From positions 16,449 to 80,448 of the forward strand of contig JBFMGC010000001.1 of assembly GCA_040752815.1 (NCBI GenBank): DNA of 64,000 nt, read 5' to 3'. The stretch's first letter is position 1. Each line of letters begins with the position of its first letter. Of the stretch, positions 50,286 to 59,164 are shown one piece after another. Source of the stretch: Candidatus Zixiibacteriota bacterium (GTDB lineage Bacteria; Zixibacteria; MSB-5A5; GN15; FEB-12). Both the position numbers and the translations under genes were made by a program. The notes below the pieces were generated by a model. The model saw only the letters and a program-made list of their open reading frames with translations. It did no database searches and was not told the DNA's origin.

Positions 50286-51281
50286 TTACGACATCCGCTT
50301 GCTAATGTTGTCACTCACGACTCGGGCGTTGGTCTTCAGACCCTCCAAACCGGGTCGAGTCAGAGTCGTGCCGGCGGTGAGTTGAAGAAACTCCTCGCGG
50401 GTCTGCATCGACAATACGGCCGATGTATCCAGGAATTCGCCCAACCCCTTTGAGGACTTCAACTCCGCGTGAGTGGTGGCCTGTGCCCGATGGTTATGCG
50501 GGCAGACTTCCTGGCATATGTCACACCCGAATATCAGGTTCCCCATTTTCGCGGCCAATCCATCGGGAATTACACCCGGTCGTTCCACCGTCAGGTAAGA
50601 AATGCATCGATTGGAATCCACCACGCCATCGCCGATTATCGCATTAGTGGGACAGGCATCGATACAAAGTCGGCACTTGCCGCAGCGTCCGTGACTGATT
50701 GCATCGGGATCGTCGGGCTCAAGCTCAAGATCCGTGACAATTTCGGCGAGAAAGATCCATGAACCGAACTGTCGGTTGATCAGCATGCTGTTCTTGGCGA
50801 GATAACCAAGCCCGGCCTTCGCAGCATAGGTGCGTTCGAGAAACGGCCCATAATCGACCCACCACTTGAACGCCGTGTTGTCAGTCTCAGGGAATCGAGT
50901 GCGAATCAATTTCAGCAGACGCTTTATCATCGCCTCGACAACCTTGTGGTAGTCGCGTCCGCGAGCATAACGTGATATTCTTCCGTGGCCATCGGGTGCG
51001 GTTTCACTATTCGGCTGATAGTAATTCAAACCCAACATGATTACCGATCTGGCCTCGATACCGACTTGTCCCGGATCAGTCCTTCTGGCGCGGTTTCGCT
51101 CCATCCAGCTCATTCTCGCCTGGTATCCCTTATCCAGCCAGCGGTAGAGCGCCTCAACAGCCTCGGGGACGATTTCGGCTGTAGTGACACCGCAGAGATC
51201 GAATCCAACGCGACCGGCTAATTGCTTGATATCCTTGGACGTAATCATGAAGCTCATCACGCCGATTTGTACCTGTGACAA
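50286..51281 (-). CDS. queG: Epoxyqueuosine reductase QueG
   Basis: DUF1730-like N-terminus and two 4Fe-4S motifs, CGKCRLCIDACP and CDICQEVCP. The true start is probably ATG 51257 or 51248 (MITSKDIKQLA). Confidence 0.85.
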   Translation of the reverse strand: MSQVQIGVMSFMITSKDIKQLAGRVGFDLCGVTTAEIVPEAVEALYRWLDKGYQARMSWMERNRARRTDPGQVGIEARSVIMLGLNYYQPNSETAPDGHGRISRYARGRDYHKVVEAMIKRLLKLIRTRFPETDNTAFKWWVDYGPFLERTYAAKAGLGYLAKNSMLINRQFGSWIFLAEIVTDLELEPDDPDAISHGRCGKCRLCIDACPTNAIIGDGVVDSNRCISYLTVERPGVIPDGLAAKMGNLIFGCDICQEVCPHNHRAQATTHAELKSSKGLGEFLDTSAVLSMQTREEFLQLTAGTTLTRPGLEGLKTNARVVSDNISKRMS

Positions 51282-51475
51282 TATACTTACGTGTAATGCG
51301 CGAAAACATGCAAAAGTGAACTCTAAAGCGGAGCCTTATTACTGTCGAAAGCGTTATGAAACAGAGCGCAGATATCGCCGTACTACTGCAGAGGCTCTTG
51401 ACGCCGGATTTTAAAGTATTATTCTAGAAGGCTAATTGGCCCGATTCAACACGGCACGAGTACGAGGTGAAGAAT

Positions 51476-52759
51476 ATGAACAACATCACAGTGAACAGCA
51501 AACCGACAATCGGATACTCCCAGCTTTCCGACAAACAGATTTTTGATCTCGAGCACACCAGCGGCGCTCAACATTATGGACGTGTCGGCCTGGTGGTGCG
51601 CCGGGCGGAAGGCGCCTGGTTGTACGACGCTGACGACAACAAGTATCTCGATTGCCTGGCCGCGTATTCGGCCGCGAATCAGGGACATCATCATCCGAAG
51701 ATTGTCAAGGCGGTCAAGGACGCGCTCGACGGCCAGTATGCATCGGTGATTTCTAATGTCGTCTACACCGACACGCTCTCGGTTTTCCTCGACAAGGTGT
51801 CGCATCTTCTCCCGCAGCTTGGGCCGCGGTTCGGAGATCATGGCAATAAGTCGCTTCCCAAGAACGGCGGCGTTGAGTCGGTCGAGACCGCGATCAAATT
51901 GGGACGCTGCTACGGCTACAAGGCGAAAGGTATTCCCGACGGCAAGCAGGAGATGATTGTTGTCGAGAATAATTTTCACGGCCGCACGCTGGGAATCATC
52001 TCGTTCTCGAGTTCTGAGAAGTACCGCGAAGGTTTTGGACCGATTGTCCCCGGGTTTGTACGAGTTCCCTACGGCGACGTGGCCGCCATGAAGAAAGCAA
52101 TCTCGAAGAACACTTGTGCTATCCTGATTGAGCCGAGCCAGGGCGAGGGCGGCATGTACATTCCGCCGGACGGGTATCTCGCGGCCTGCCGCAAGCTGGC
52201 CGACGAGAACGATCTGCTCCTGATCTTCGACGAGATCCAGGTTGGACTCGGCCGCACCGGCAAGATGTTCTGTTTCGAGCACGAGAATGTCATTCCGGAC
52301 GCCATCGTGCTGGGCAAGGCGATATCGGGCGGCCTGGTGCCGGTATCGGTCATGGTCACCAACGCGAAACTGATGGACATGGTGTTTCAGCCGGGGCGCG
52401 ACGGCTCCACGTACGGCGGTTACCCGCTGGCGTGCGTAGCCGGATGCGCGGCGATTGATGTGTTGGTCGAAGAGAACCTTCCGGCACGCGCCGCGAGGAT
52501 GGGCGCTATCCTGAAGAAGAAGATCGAAGATGTCTGCAAGCGCTCCAAGCATGTCAAGGAGGTGCGCGGTCGCGGTCTGTTTATCGGGATCGAAGTCAAC
52601 AACGGCGACGCCATGCACTACTGCCGCAAGCTGCTTACACTCGGCGTGCTGGCCAACGACAGCCACGGCCACACTATCCGTATCTCCCCGCCGCTGATTA
52701 TCGGCGAGGCTGAGATCGACTACCTGGTGGAGCGCCTGGAAAAAGTGCTGGTGGACTGA
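51476..52759 (+). CDS. rocD: Ornithine/acetylornithine-type class III aminotransferase (ornithine-oxo-acid transaminase-like)
   Basis: YLDCLAAYSAANQGHHHPKIVKA, LIFDEIQVGLGRTGK and LGKAISGG (PLP Lys). GAGGTG lies 6 nt before ATG 51476. Confidence 0.85.
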   Translation: MNNITVNSKPTIGYSQLSDKQIFDLEHTSGAQHYGRVGLVVRRAEGAWLYDADDNKYLDCLAAYSAANQGHHHPKIVKAVKDALDGQYASVISNVVYTDTLSVFLDKVSHLLPQLGPRFGDHGNKSLPKNGGVESVETAIKLGRCYGYKAKGIPDGKQEMIVVENNFHGRTLGIISFSSSEKYREGFGPIVPGFVRVPYGDVAAMKKAISKNTCAILIEPSQGEGGMYIPPDGYLAACRKLADENDLLLIFDEIQVGLGRTGKMFCFEHENVIPDAIVLGKAISGGLVPVSVMVTNAKLMDMVFQPGRDGSTYGGYPLACVAGCAAIDVLVEENLPARAARMGAILKKKIEDVCKRSKHVKEVRGRGLFIGIEVNNGDAMHYCRKLLTLGVLANDSHGHTIRISPPLIIGEAEIDYLVERLEKVLVD

Positions 52760-52785
52760 GTATCCACTACTTGAGCTGAACGTAG

Positions 52786-52818
52786 GGTAGGACCCCTGTG
52801 GTCCTGCCTTTCATTTTT
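52786..52818 (+). terminator. Intrinsic terminator after rocD
   Basis: A 9-bp stem GGTAGGACC/GGTCCTGCC (one G-U pair) with a 5-nt loop, followed by TTTCATTTTT. Confidence 0.75.
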
Positions 52819-52841
52819 GCTACCGCATAATGGGCCTGTAC

Positions 52842-52936
52842 AATCCCACGCTAAGGGTGGGCCACCCACCTGTTTGGCGTCGAGCCCGCGTGAGCTGAGC
52901 ATCATCAAATCCCACCCGAAGGGTGGGCCACCCACC
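52842..52936. repeat. 29-nt direct repeat x2 with CCCAC/GTGGG hairpins
   Basis: AATCCCACGCTAAGGGTGGGCCACCCACC (52842-52870) and AATCCCACCCGAAGGGTGGGCCACCCACC (52908-52936), 66 bp apart. Confidence 0.75.
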
Positions 52937-52976
52937 GCTAAATACACTCGCCGTTGCAAGAAATGCGGCCACCATG

Positions 52977-53918
52977 TCACTGCGTCTCTCCCCCGCCGAT
53001 TGTCGGAAGGGGCTTTTTTCCGTTCCTCAGGCCACCGAAATAAATCGCCGTGAGCGTTATCGCGGCTCCGAGCACCTGAGTGACAGAGAATTGTTCAGCG
53101 AACCATAATACACCCCATACCACGGCAAGTGTTGGCTGTAGCAACAACACCAGCCCGGCGCGCGAGGCGACTGTTTTCGCCAGCGATGTCGTAATCGTCC
53201 ACCATCCGAGCGCCTGCGGAACCAGGCCGAGAAGAACGAGATTGAGCCACGTTGCTCTATCCGGCGGAACTATCGAATCGGATTCGATCAAAGAGCTTAT
53301 GCCGAGAAAGATCGCCGCGTTGAGCGACACCCAGGCTATGAATACCAGAATATCGGGCGCTGCCTCCCGATGCGCCGACCATCGCATGGTGATAATATAA
53401 TGCGCGTACACAACACCGGTAGCCAGTCCGAGTATCACACCGATTAAGTATCGCTCAGAGAACTGTATATCTCGACTGAAGAAACCCACCAGTAGCGCCA
53501 CGCCGACAATGGCGCTGAACGCCGCCACCCAGAATCGCCGGGTCAGCGTCTCTTTGAAGATGATGAAACTGAGCACCGCGGTCATGAACACCTGTGTGTT
53601 GCCGAGAATAGTCGCCATGCCCGCGCCGCAGTATATCACGGAGCGGTGCCAGATGAACAGATCGAGGAAGAATATGAACCCGGCCAGCGCCGAGAACAGA
53701 TACAGTCTCTTGTTGAGTGTGAACCGCCGTCGCTGCGACGCCGCCATGCCGAAAAGAATCAGCCCGCCCAGAAATGTCCGCCAGAAACCCATCGCGGTGG
53801 GACCGAGACGTTCCGGCCCGATGAGCTTGACGAACACTGGCGCGAAGCTGATACAGGTCGCACCGAAGATGAGCAACAACAGCGGACTGAACGTTGAGTT
53901 ATTCTTTGGGGCCGGCAT
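52977..53918 (-). CDS. DMT-superfamily (EamA) transporter
   Basis: Ten hydrophobic helices in two EamA-like halves. Confidence 0.8.
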   Translation of the reverse strand: MPAPKNNSTFSPLLLLIFGATCISFAPVFVKLIGPERLGPTAMGFWRTFLGGLILFGMAASQRRRFTLNKRLYLFSALAGFIFFLDLFIWHRSVIYCGAGMATILGNTQVFMTAVLSFIIFKETLTRRFWVAAFSAIVGVALLVGFFSRDIQFSERYLIGVILGLATGVVYAHYIITMRWSAHREAAPDILVFIAWVSLNAAIFLGISSLIESDSIVPPDRATWLNLVLLGLVPQALGWWTITTSLAKTVASRAGLVLLLQPTLAVVWGVLWFAEQFSVTQVLGAAITLTAIYFGGLRNGKKPLPTIGGGETQ

Positions 53919-54048
53919 GGTCGAAACTTAATCGTGCTCATGCGCAGCCGCAATGTTATTCGGCGGAGCGACGTGATGTTTATTGTCACAGGGACAGATT
54001 TGTCTAGATGCCAGCGGACTTTGTCATGGGGACAGTCCCGTTAGAGGT

Positions 54049-54068
54049 GCCCACCGCTTGCGGTGGGC
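54049..54068. repeat. Palindromic hairpin GCCCACCGC-TT-GCGGTGGGC
   Basis: Perfect 9-bp stem. An inverted copy lies at 54178-54195. The arms resemble those of the 52842/52908 repeats. Confidence 0.7.
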
Positions 54069-54174
54069 TGAGATTGGGAAACTCAACTTGTCTGTAGAAA
54101 TCTCGGTCGCGCCCTCGACTCCGGTTTCAGCAAGTCGACTGCCTCGTTTTACTCGAAGGGCGAGTCCGGACTCC

Positions 54175-54999
54175 TCACCCACCGCAAGCGGTGGGGCACC
54201 CGGCTATCAGAAAATCGAAACCGCCAAGGCCCTGAGCAGAGTCGATCTTTTCCAGAGTGATCGACACATCCTGATATAATCCCTGAGTCACCTCGCGGTG
54301 ATAACCAATTCTAACCGCATATGTCGCCTCCAGCCAGAAGGTGTCAAAGTAGAAGCGGCAGCGGCTTGTGATGCGTCCTGACGTAAAGGCAACCTCGGCG
54401 GAAAAAGTCGCCCCGGAGTCGGAAGGAGCCGGGATGAAAGTAATTGTATTGTTTGAGGTGTCGAATTCAAACAAACCAACCGGTGCAGGATTCATCCAGA
54501 CCGAGTCGATTCTGGGACTGTCGCACCAATCGGCATCGGTAATCGACAGAGCAACTATCTCTGTATCTCCAGGTAAACAGGTGTACCGGGAATGGCAACG
54601 CGGCGTGATTCGCGGAGGGGCATTGTCCAGACGTAGACTAAAGCGGCAGTGGCTGTCGTCGGTGGTGCTGTCGCCCCTGTGGCTGGCGCCGATCACAACT
54701 TGCTCGTTATAGCCGGGCAATGAATCAGCGGTCTCCGGATGAAATACCCACAGCCCGGTCTGCGCATTCACCGAACCGGGACCGGAGACCAAAAAGTACC
54801 TCATTCCCGGTACCGGTCGGCCAGTTTGCAAATCAACCGCCACCACGCTGTAGTACATGGAATCGCAACGATTGCCCTCGACATACGGCGGGCAGCCGGT
54901 GAAGACGATCTGCGACGGATCATCCTGGGCACTGATCGTGCCGACCGCGAGCAATGTCGGGAAAAGGGCGAGTAACTGGAACAGAGGCGTACGCCACAT
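54175..54999 (-). CDS. Secreted hypothetical protein, possibly 3'-truncated
   Basis: Signal MWRTPLFQLLALFPTLLAVGTISAQ. It ends ..VSITLEKIDSAQGLGGFDFLIAGCPTACGG, where the final residues are encoded by the hairpin repeat. Confidence 0.55.
   Translation of the reverse strand: MWRTPLFQLLALFPTLLAVGTISAQDDPSQIVFTGCPPYVEGNRCDSMYYSVVAVDLQTGRPVPGMRYFLVSGPGSVNAQTGLWVFHPETADSLPGYNEQVVIGASHRGDSTTDDSHCRFSLRLDNAPPRITPRCHSRYTCLPGDTEIVALSITDADWCDSPRIDSVWMNPAPVGLFEFDTSNNTITFIPAPSDSGATFSAEVAFTSGRITSRCRFYFDTFWLEATYAVRIGYHREVTQGLYQDVSITLEKIDSAQGLGGFDFLIAGCPTACGG
54178..54195. repeat. Palindromic hairpin CCCACCGC-AA-GCGGTGGG (inverted copy)
   Basis: Reverse complement of the 54050-54067 core. It forms the last codons (..PTACGG stop) of ORF 54175-54999. 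Confidence 0.7.
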
Positions 55000-55252
55000 G
55001 ACGAAAACCCCCGTTTTCGAGTTCCCAATAATATACTGCGATATCCGGGTTTGTCAAACGGGTATTTCGCCGCGTCAGCATCAATCCATCGACCAAGAGT
55101 CAGACCTGTCAACATCTTGGTGTTCTTTGCCTTCGGTCGTTATTGTCCTTGACTAATCTGCTTGGGTTCGTACTTTAGGGTAGCCCTTCGCTCCCTTCAG
55201 GTCCCACCGGCAAATGTCCGATGATAGGACTGTTGCCCTTTGAGGAGAACGG

Positions 55253-57088
55253 ATGCATAAACGCCTGTTTTGGTTATCTGCTGTTATCGCTGTTTTCGCT
55301 CTTGCCAATCCCGGCAACGCCGCCCAGAGCGAGCAGTACTGGCAACTCGTGTTTCGCTACACGAGCTCTGATCTACAGCTAGTCAAGGCCGACCCGATCG
55401 CTCAAATAGAAAAAGAAATCAGAACTCCCGGGCTGGAATCAGCGGCAATTCGAGTAGGCTACCGTTGCGAGTGGCTGGATAACGCAGGTCGACCCGTGTT
55501 CGTTTCGTCCACGGAGATGCCAGTCGGCATTCGCGTACCCCTGGGCGATTCCCTGCCCTGCCAATGGCTGGTACCTGAAGAGGGAATCATAGTCGTGCGG
55601 ACAACCGGACCTGATCCGAAAGCGAATTCGGAGAGCATCAGGCTGACGCAGACGGGCATAGTCAACCGCGCACGACCGGCGATAAGTCTCCCCGCGCCGT
55701 TTCTCCAAACCGAGGTCTCGGTGAGTGTTGCGTCGGCGACGCGAACCGCCGCCCTGGCGCCGGGGCCGGTGGGAGTTCAGAAGATCAGAGACACCGGCCC
55801 GGACGCCAATCGTCTGGTCATGGTTATCATGGGCGACGGTTACACGGCGGCTGATCTGAGCGGGGGCGCGTTTTCGGGCGCGGCCGCATCGCTGGGAGCG
55901 GCTTTCGAGTCCAAGCCGCCATGGGATGTTTTGTTCGCCGCGACTAATCTGTACCGTATCGATATCGAGAGCAACGAGCAGGGCGCCGACCACGAGGTGT
56001 TCGGTGTTCTCAAAGATACCTATTTGAATTCATCGTTCTGGATCAACGGCATCGAGCGCCTGCTGTCGCTGACCGGGGACGGCTACTTCAAGGCGATTCA
56101 AGCATCTGACAATTTGGTCGGGCCGGGTGTCTGGGATCTTATCCTGGTACTGGTGAACTCGACCAAGTACGGCGGTTCCGGCGGTGGGATTGCGGTTTCA
56201 TCGGTGCACTCGGCCGCGGCAGAGATCGTCATACATGAAGTTGGCCACACTTTTGCCAACCTGGCTGACGAATACGAAACCGCATATCCGGGGTATCCGC
56301 CGGGCGACAGCGAGCCGAATGTTGATTTCGATTACGACGGTCCCGGCCTCAAGTGGCTGATCTGGGTCGAACCGGGCACGCCGCTGCCGACACCTGAGTC
56401 GTCGCCATATCTGACCACGGTGGGTACTTTTGAAGGTGCCCGTTACTTGTCGAGCGGCATCTATCGACCGTGGTATAACTGCGAGATGCGTTCGCTTAAT
56501 CGGCCGTTCTGCCCGATCTGCCAGGAGGCTCACGTGCTTGATTTCACCGGCATGGTTTCCCTGACCGACCTGGTCGCACCGCCCGTCGGTACGAATCAGA
56601 ATATCGACGAAGGCGGAACGCTGTTCGCCGTTACTCCGATTCCGTTGTCAGATCTCGAATACGAGTGGTTTCTTGACGGGGTCCCGATACCGGCAGGCGT
56701 GGGGCCGTCGCTGTCACTCACTCCCGACATGATGGCCGAGCATAATCAGACCCTGCAGCTTAATATCGTGCTGAACACGCCCCTGGTCCGAAAGACGACT
56801 GTCACGCGAAGTTACCTCTGGCCGGTAACGACAGAGGTCAGTCTTTGTTGCACTGGCGTAGTCGGCGACGCCAATTACGACGGCGCATACGATCCAACCA
56901 TCGGCGACATTACGGCCATCATAGATCATCTCTTCGTGAGCGGCACCCCTCTGGCCTGTTACGAGGAAGCCGATGTCAACCAGTCGGGAGGCACGTCGCC
57001 AGGTTCGACCGATATAACGATTGGAGACATTACCATTCTGATCGACAATCTCTTCATCACCGGGGTCACTTTGCCCGCTTGTTTCTGA
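55253..57088 (+). CDS. Secreted M64-like (IgA-peptidase family) zinc metallopeptidase with dockerin-like C-terminal module
   Basis: VLVNSTKYGGSGGGIAVSS..AAEIVIHEVGHTFANLADEY (HExxH in M64 context). Signal peptide present. Module [60 protein letters not shown] at 56846-57085. Confidence 0.8.
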   Translation: MHKRLFWLSAVIAVFALANPGNAAQSEQYWQLVFRYTSSDLQLVKADPIAQIEKEIRTPGLESAAIRVGYRCEWLDNAGRPVFVSSTEMPVGIRVPLGDSLPCQWLVPEEGIIVVRTTGPDPKANSESIRLTQTGIVNRARPAISLPAPFLQTEVSVSVASATRTAALAPGPVGVQKIRDTGPDANRLVMVIMGDGYTAADLSGGAFSGAAASLGAAFESKPPWDVLFAATNLYRIDIESNEQGADHEVFGVLKDTYLNSSFWINGIERLLSLTGDGYFKAIQASDNLVGPGVWDLILVLVNSTKYGGSGGGIAVSSVHSAAAEIVIHEVGHTFANLADEYETAYPGYPPGDSEPNVDFDYDGPGLKWLIWVEPGTPLPTPESSPYLTTVGTFEGARYLSSGIYRPWYNCEMRSLNRPFCPICQEAHVLDFTGMVSLTDLVAPPVGTNQNIDEGGTLFAVTPIPLSDLEYEWFLDGVPIPAGVGPSLSLTPDMMAEHNQTLQLNIVLNTPLVRKTTVTRSYLWPVTTEVSLCCTGVVGDANYDGAYDPTIGDITAIIDHLFVSGTPLACYEEADVNQSGGTSPGSTDITIGDITILIDNLFITGVTLPACF

Positions 57089-57140
57089 GTCGGCGGGTGC
57101 CGAAGGCTGGTGAGTCAGCGGATCAAAGTTCGGTCTGATT

Positions 57141-58040
57141 ATGCAACTGCTCGACAGGCTCGCCAGGGGCGAGGCGCTCGTGTGCGATGGAGCCATGGGC
57201 ACTATGCTGATCGAGCGCGGCCTGAAACCGGGCGAATGCCCTGAGCAATGGAACCTGGAGCGGCCGGAAGTGCTGGTTGACATCGCGCGTCAATACGTAG
57301 ATGCCGGCGCCGACATAGTCGAGACCAACACTTTCGGCGGCTCGCCGCTCAAGCTGGCGCAGTACGGACTGGAGGCACAGACCGAGGAAATCAACCGACT
57401 GGCGATTCGGGCGGCACGCCAGGGAGCGAGCGGCCAGGCCCTGATCGCCGCATCATGTGGGCCGACTGGGCGAATCCTAATACCCTACGGGGATACCGAA
57501 CCGGGGGAAGTCTCTGCTGCCTTTCGCCGCCAATTTGCGGCGCTGCTCGGCGAAGGTATCGACGCGCTGGTAGTCGAGACCATGACAGATCTGAGCGAGG
57601 CCACACTCGCCGTCAAAGCAGCCCGAGAACTCGCCCCCGATCTGCCTGTAATTGCGACGATGACTTTCGATTCCACGTCGCGGGGTTTCTTCACTATCAT
57701 GGGGGTAACTGTCGAGCAGGCGGCCAGGGGCCTTTCTGACGCCGGCACCGATATCGTAGGATCCAACTGCGGTAACGGAATCGACAATATGGTCAAGATC
57801 GCGTCCGAGTTTCGCAAACATACACACATGCCCATTATCATTCAGTCCAACGCCGGGCTGCCTCGTTTTGAGAGCGGCCGGGCGGTCTATGCGGAGACAC
57901 CTGAGTTCATGGCGGCTCATGTGCGGAACCTGCTCGAATGCGGAGTGTCTATAATCGGCGGATGCTGCGGCACCACCCCGGAGCACATTGCGGCTATTCG
58001 GCGGGAACTGGACAAAATCAAACCCGGCAAAAGACCTTGA
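57141..58040 (+). CDS. Homocysteine S-methyltransferase-domain protein
   Basis: LVCDGAMGTMLIERGL, ETNTFG and IIGGCCGTTPEHI (Zn-binding Cys pair). Confidence 0.85.
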   Translation: MQLLDRLARGEALVCDGAMGTMLIERGLKPGECPEQWNLERPEVLVDIARQYVDAGADIVETNTFGGSPLKLAQYGLEAQTEEINRLAIRAARQGASGQALIAASCGPTGRILIPYGDTEPGEVSAAFRRQFAALLGEGIDALVVETMTDLSEATLAVKAARELAPDLPVIATMTFDSTSRGFFTIMGVTVEQAARGLSDAGTDIVGSNCGNGIDNMVKIASEFRKHTHMPIIIQSNAGLPRFESGRAVYAETPEFMAAHVRNLLECGVSIIGGCCGTTPEHIAAIRRELDKIKPGKRP

Positions 58041-58147
58041 ATTCCTGAGAATCCCCCGTTAGCTTCAATGCGGCGAGGACGGGGGTTGACGATTTCCGCT
58101 GACTCCGCACGCGGCCCCGACTGAACATCCGCCACCATCGTGGTATC

Positions 58148-59164
58148 ATGGACGAAAAAGAGCTATTGCAGCAACGCATCAAAGTGGTTACCGGCTGGCA
58201 GCAGGTCGGCCGGGTGCGGATTGTGCGCGATACCTCCGACTGCATGCGCATCCAACGTGGCCATGTGGTCCGGCTCGGCGGCCACGACTACGTGATCGAA
58301 GGCAACCGCCACGAGACCCGTTTCGGCATCGCCGATCAGCCGAAATACTGGGTGTTCGGAGCTATCGAACTTAAGTCCGGACGCCGGATGATCCTCAAAA
58401 CGGTATTTCACGAGGAATTCAATGTCCATATCGGCGTTTTCAAGATCCGCTGCTACCGCAGCCCGGAGAAGGAAGCGCGTGTGCTGGATCTCGTCAGGGG
58501 CGATTTGCGATTCATGCAGGGGTTCACGGAGCAGGATGAGGCCGGCAATTATGTCCGCATAATCGATCTCATCCGGGGGCCGTCGATTTTTCAATACATT
58601 CATAACAATCAGAAAAACCACGAGGCATTTTTCCACGAGGACCTGCCGCTCATTCTGCATCGGTTGACCGGCTGCATGGAGGCTATCAAGTTCCTGCATG
58701 ACCGCGGGACCTGTCACGGGGATATCCGCAATGATCACATAATCATCGAGAATGAAACCGGGCGGTATCGCTGGATCGACTTCGACCTGAACCAGCATGT
58801 CTCTGATTTCGACGTCTGGAGCATGGGCAATATCCTGAACTACGTGGTGGGACAGGGCATAAACTCGTTTCATGTCGTTATGAAGAGCGATCGGTTCCCC
58901 GACGCCGTCAAGTCCAGCTTGACGGCAGCCGATGCGTCCGCGTTTTACCAGTACCGGGTGATGAATCTCAAAAAGCTCTTTCCTTACATTCCGCGGCGCC
59001 TTAACGATATCCTTATGCACTTCGCCATCAAGCCGCAGGGCAGCTATGCCACCATGGATCAACTGATCAGCGACTACCGCGAGATGCTGGATGCGGACTT
59101 CCCGCTCCAAAAACCTGGGCCGATAACAAATTCAATCACGCACAATCGAGGGGGGCGTCCGTGA
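58148..59164 (+). CDS. Atypical protein-kinase-like protein
   Basis: RMILKTV (beta-3 Lys), EKEARVLDLV (alpha-C Glu), CHGDIRNDHIII (HxD..N catalytic loop), WIDFD (replacing DFG), DVWSMGNIL. No Gly-rich loop was recognised. Confidence 0.65.
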   Translation: MDEKELLQQRIKVVTGWQQVGRVRIVRDTSDCMRIQRGHVVRLGGHDYVIEGNRHETRFGIADQPKYWVFGAIELKSGRRMILKTVFHEEFNVHIGVFKIRCYRSPEKEARVLDLVRGDLRFMQGFTEQDEAGNYVRIIDLIRGPSIFQYIHNNQKNHEAFFHEDLPLILHRLTGCMEAIKFLHDRGTCHGDIRNDHIIIENETGRYRWIDFDLNQHVSDFDVWSMGNILNYVVGQGINSFHVVMKSDRFPDAVKSSLTAADASAFYQYRVMNLKKLFPYIPRRLNDILMHFAIKPQGSYATMDQLISDYREMLDADFPLQKPGPITNSITHNRGGRP

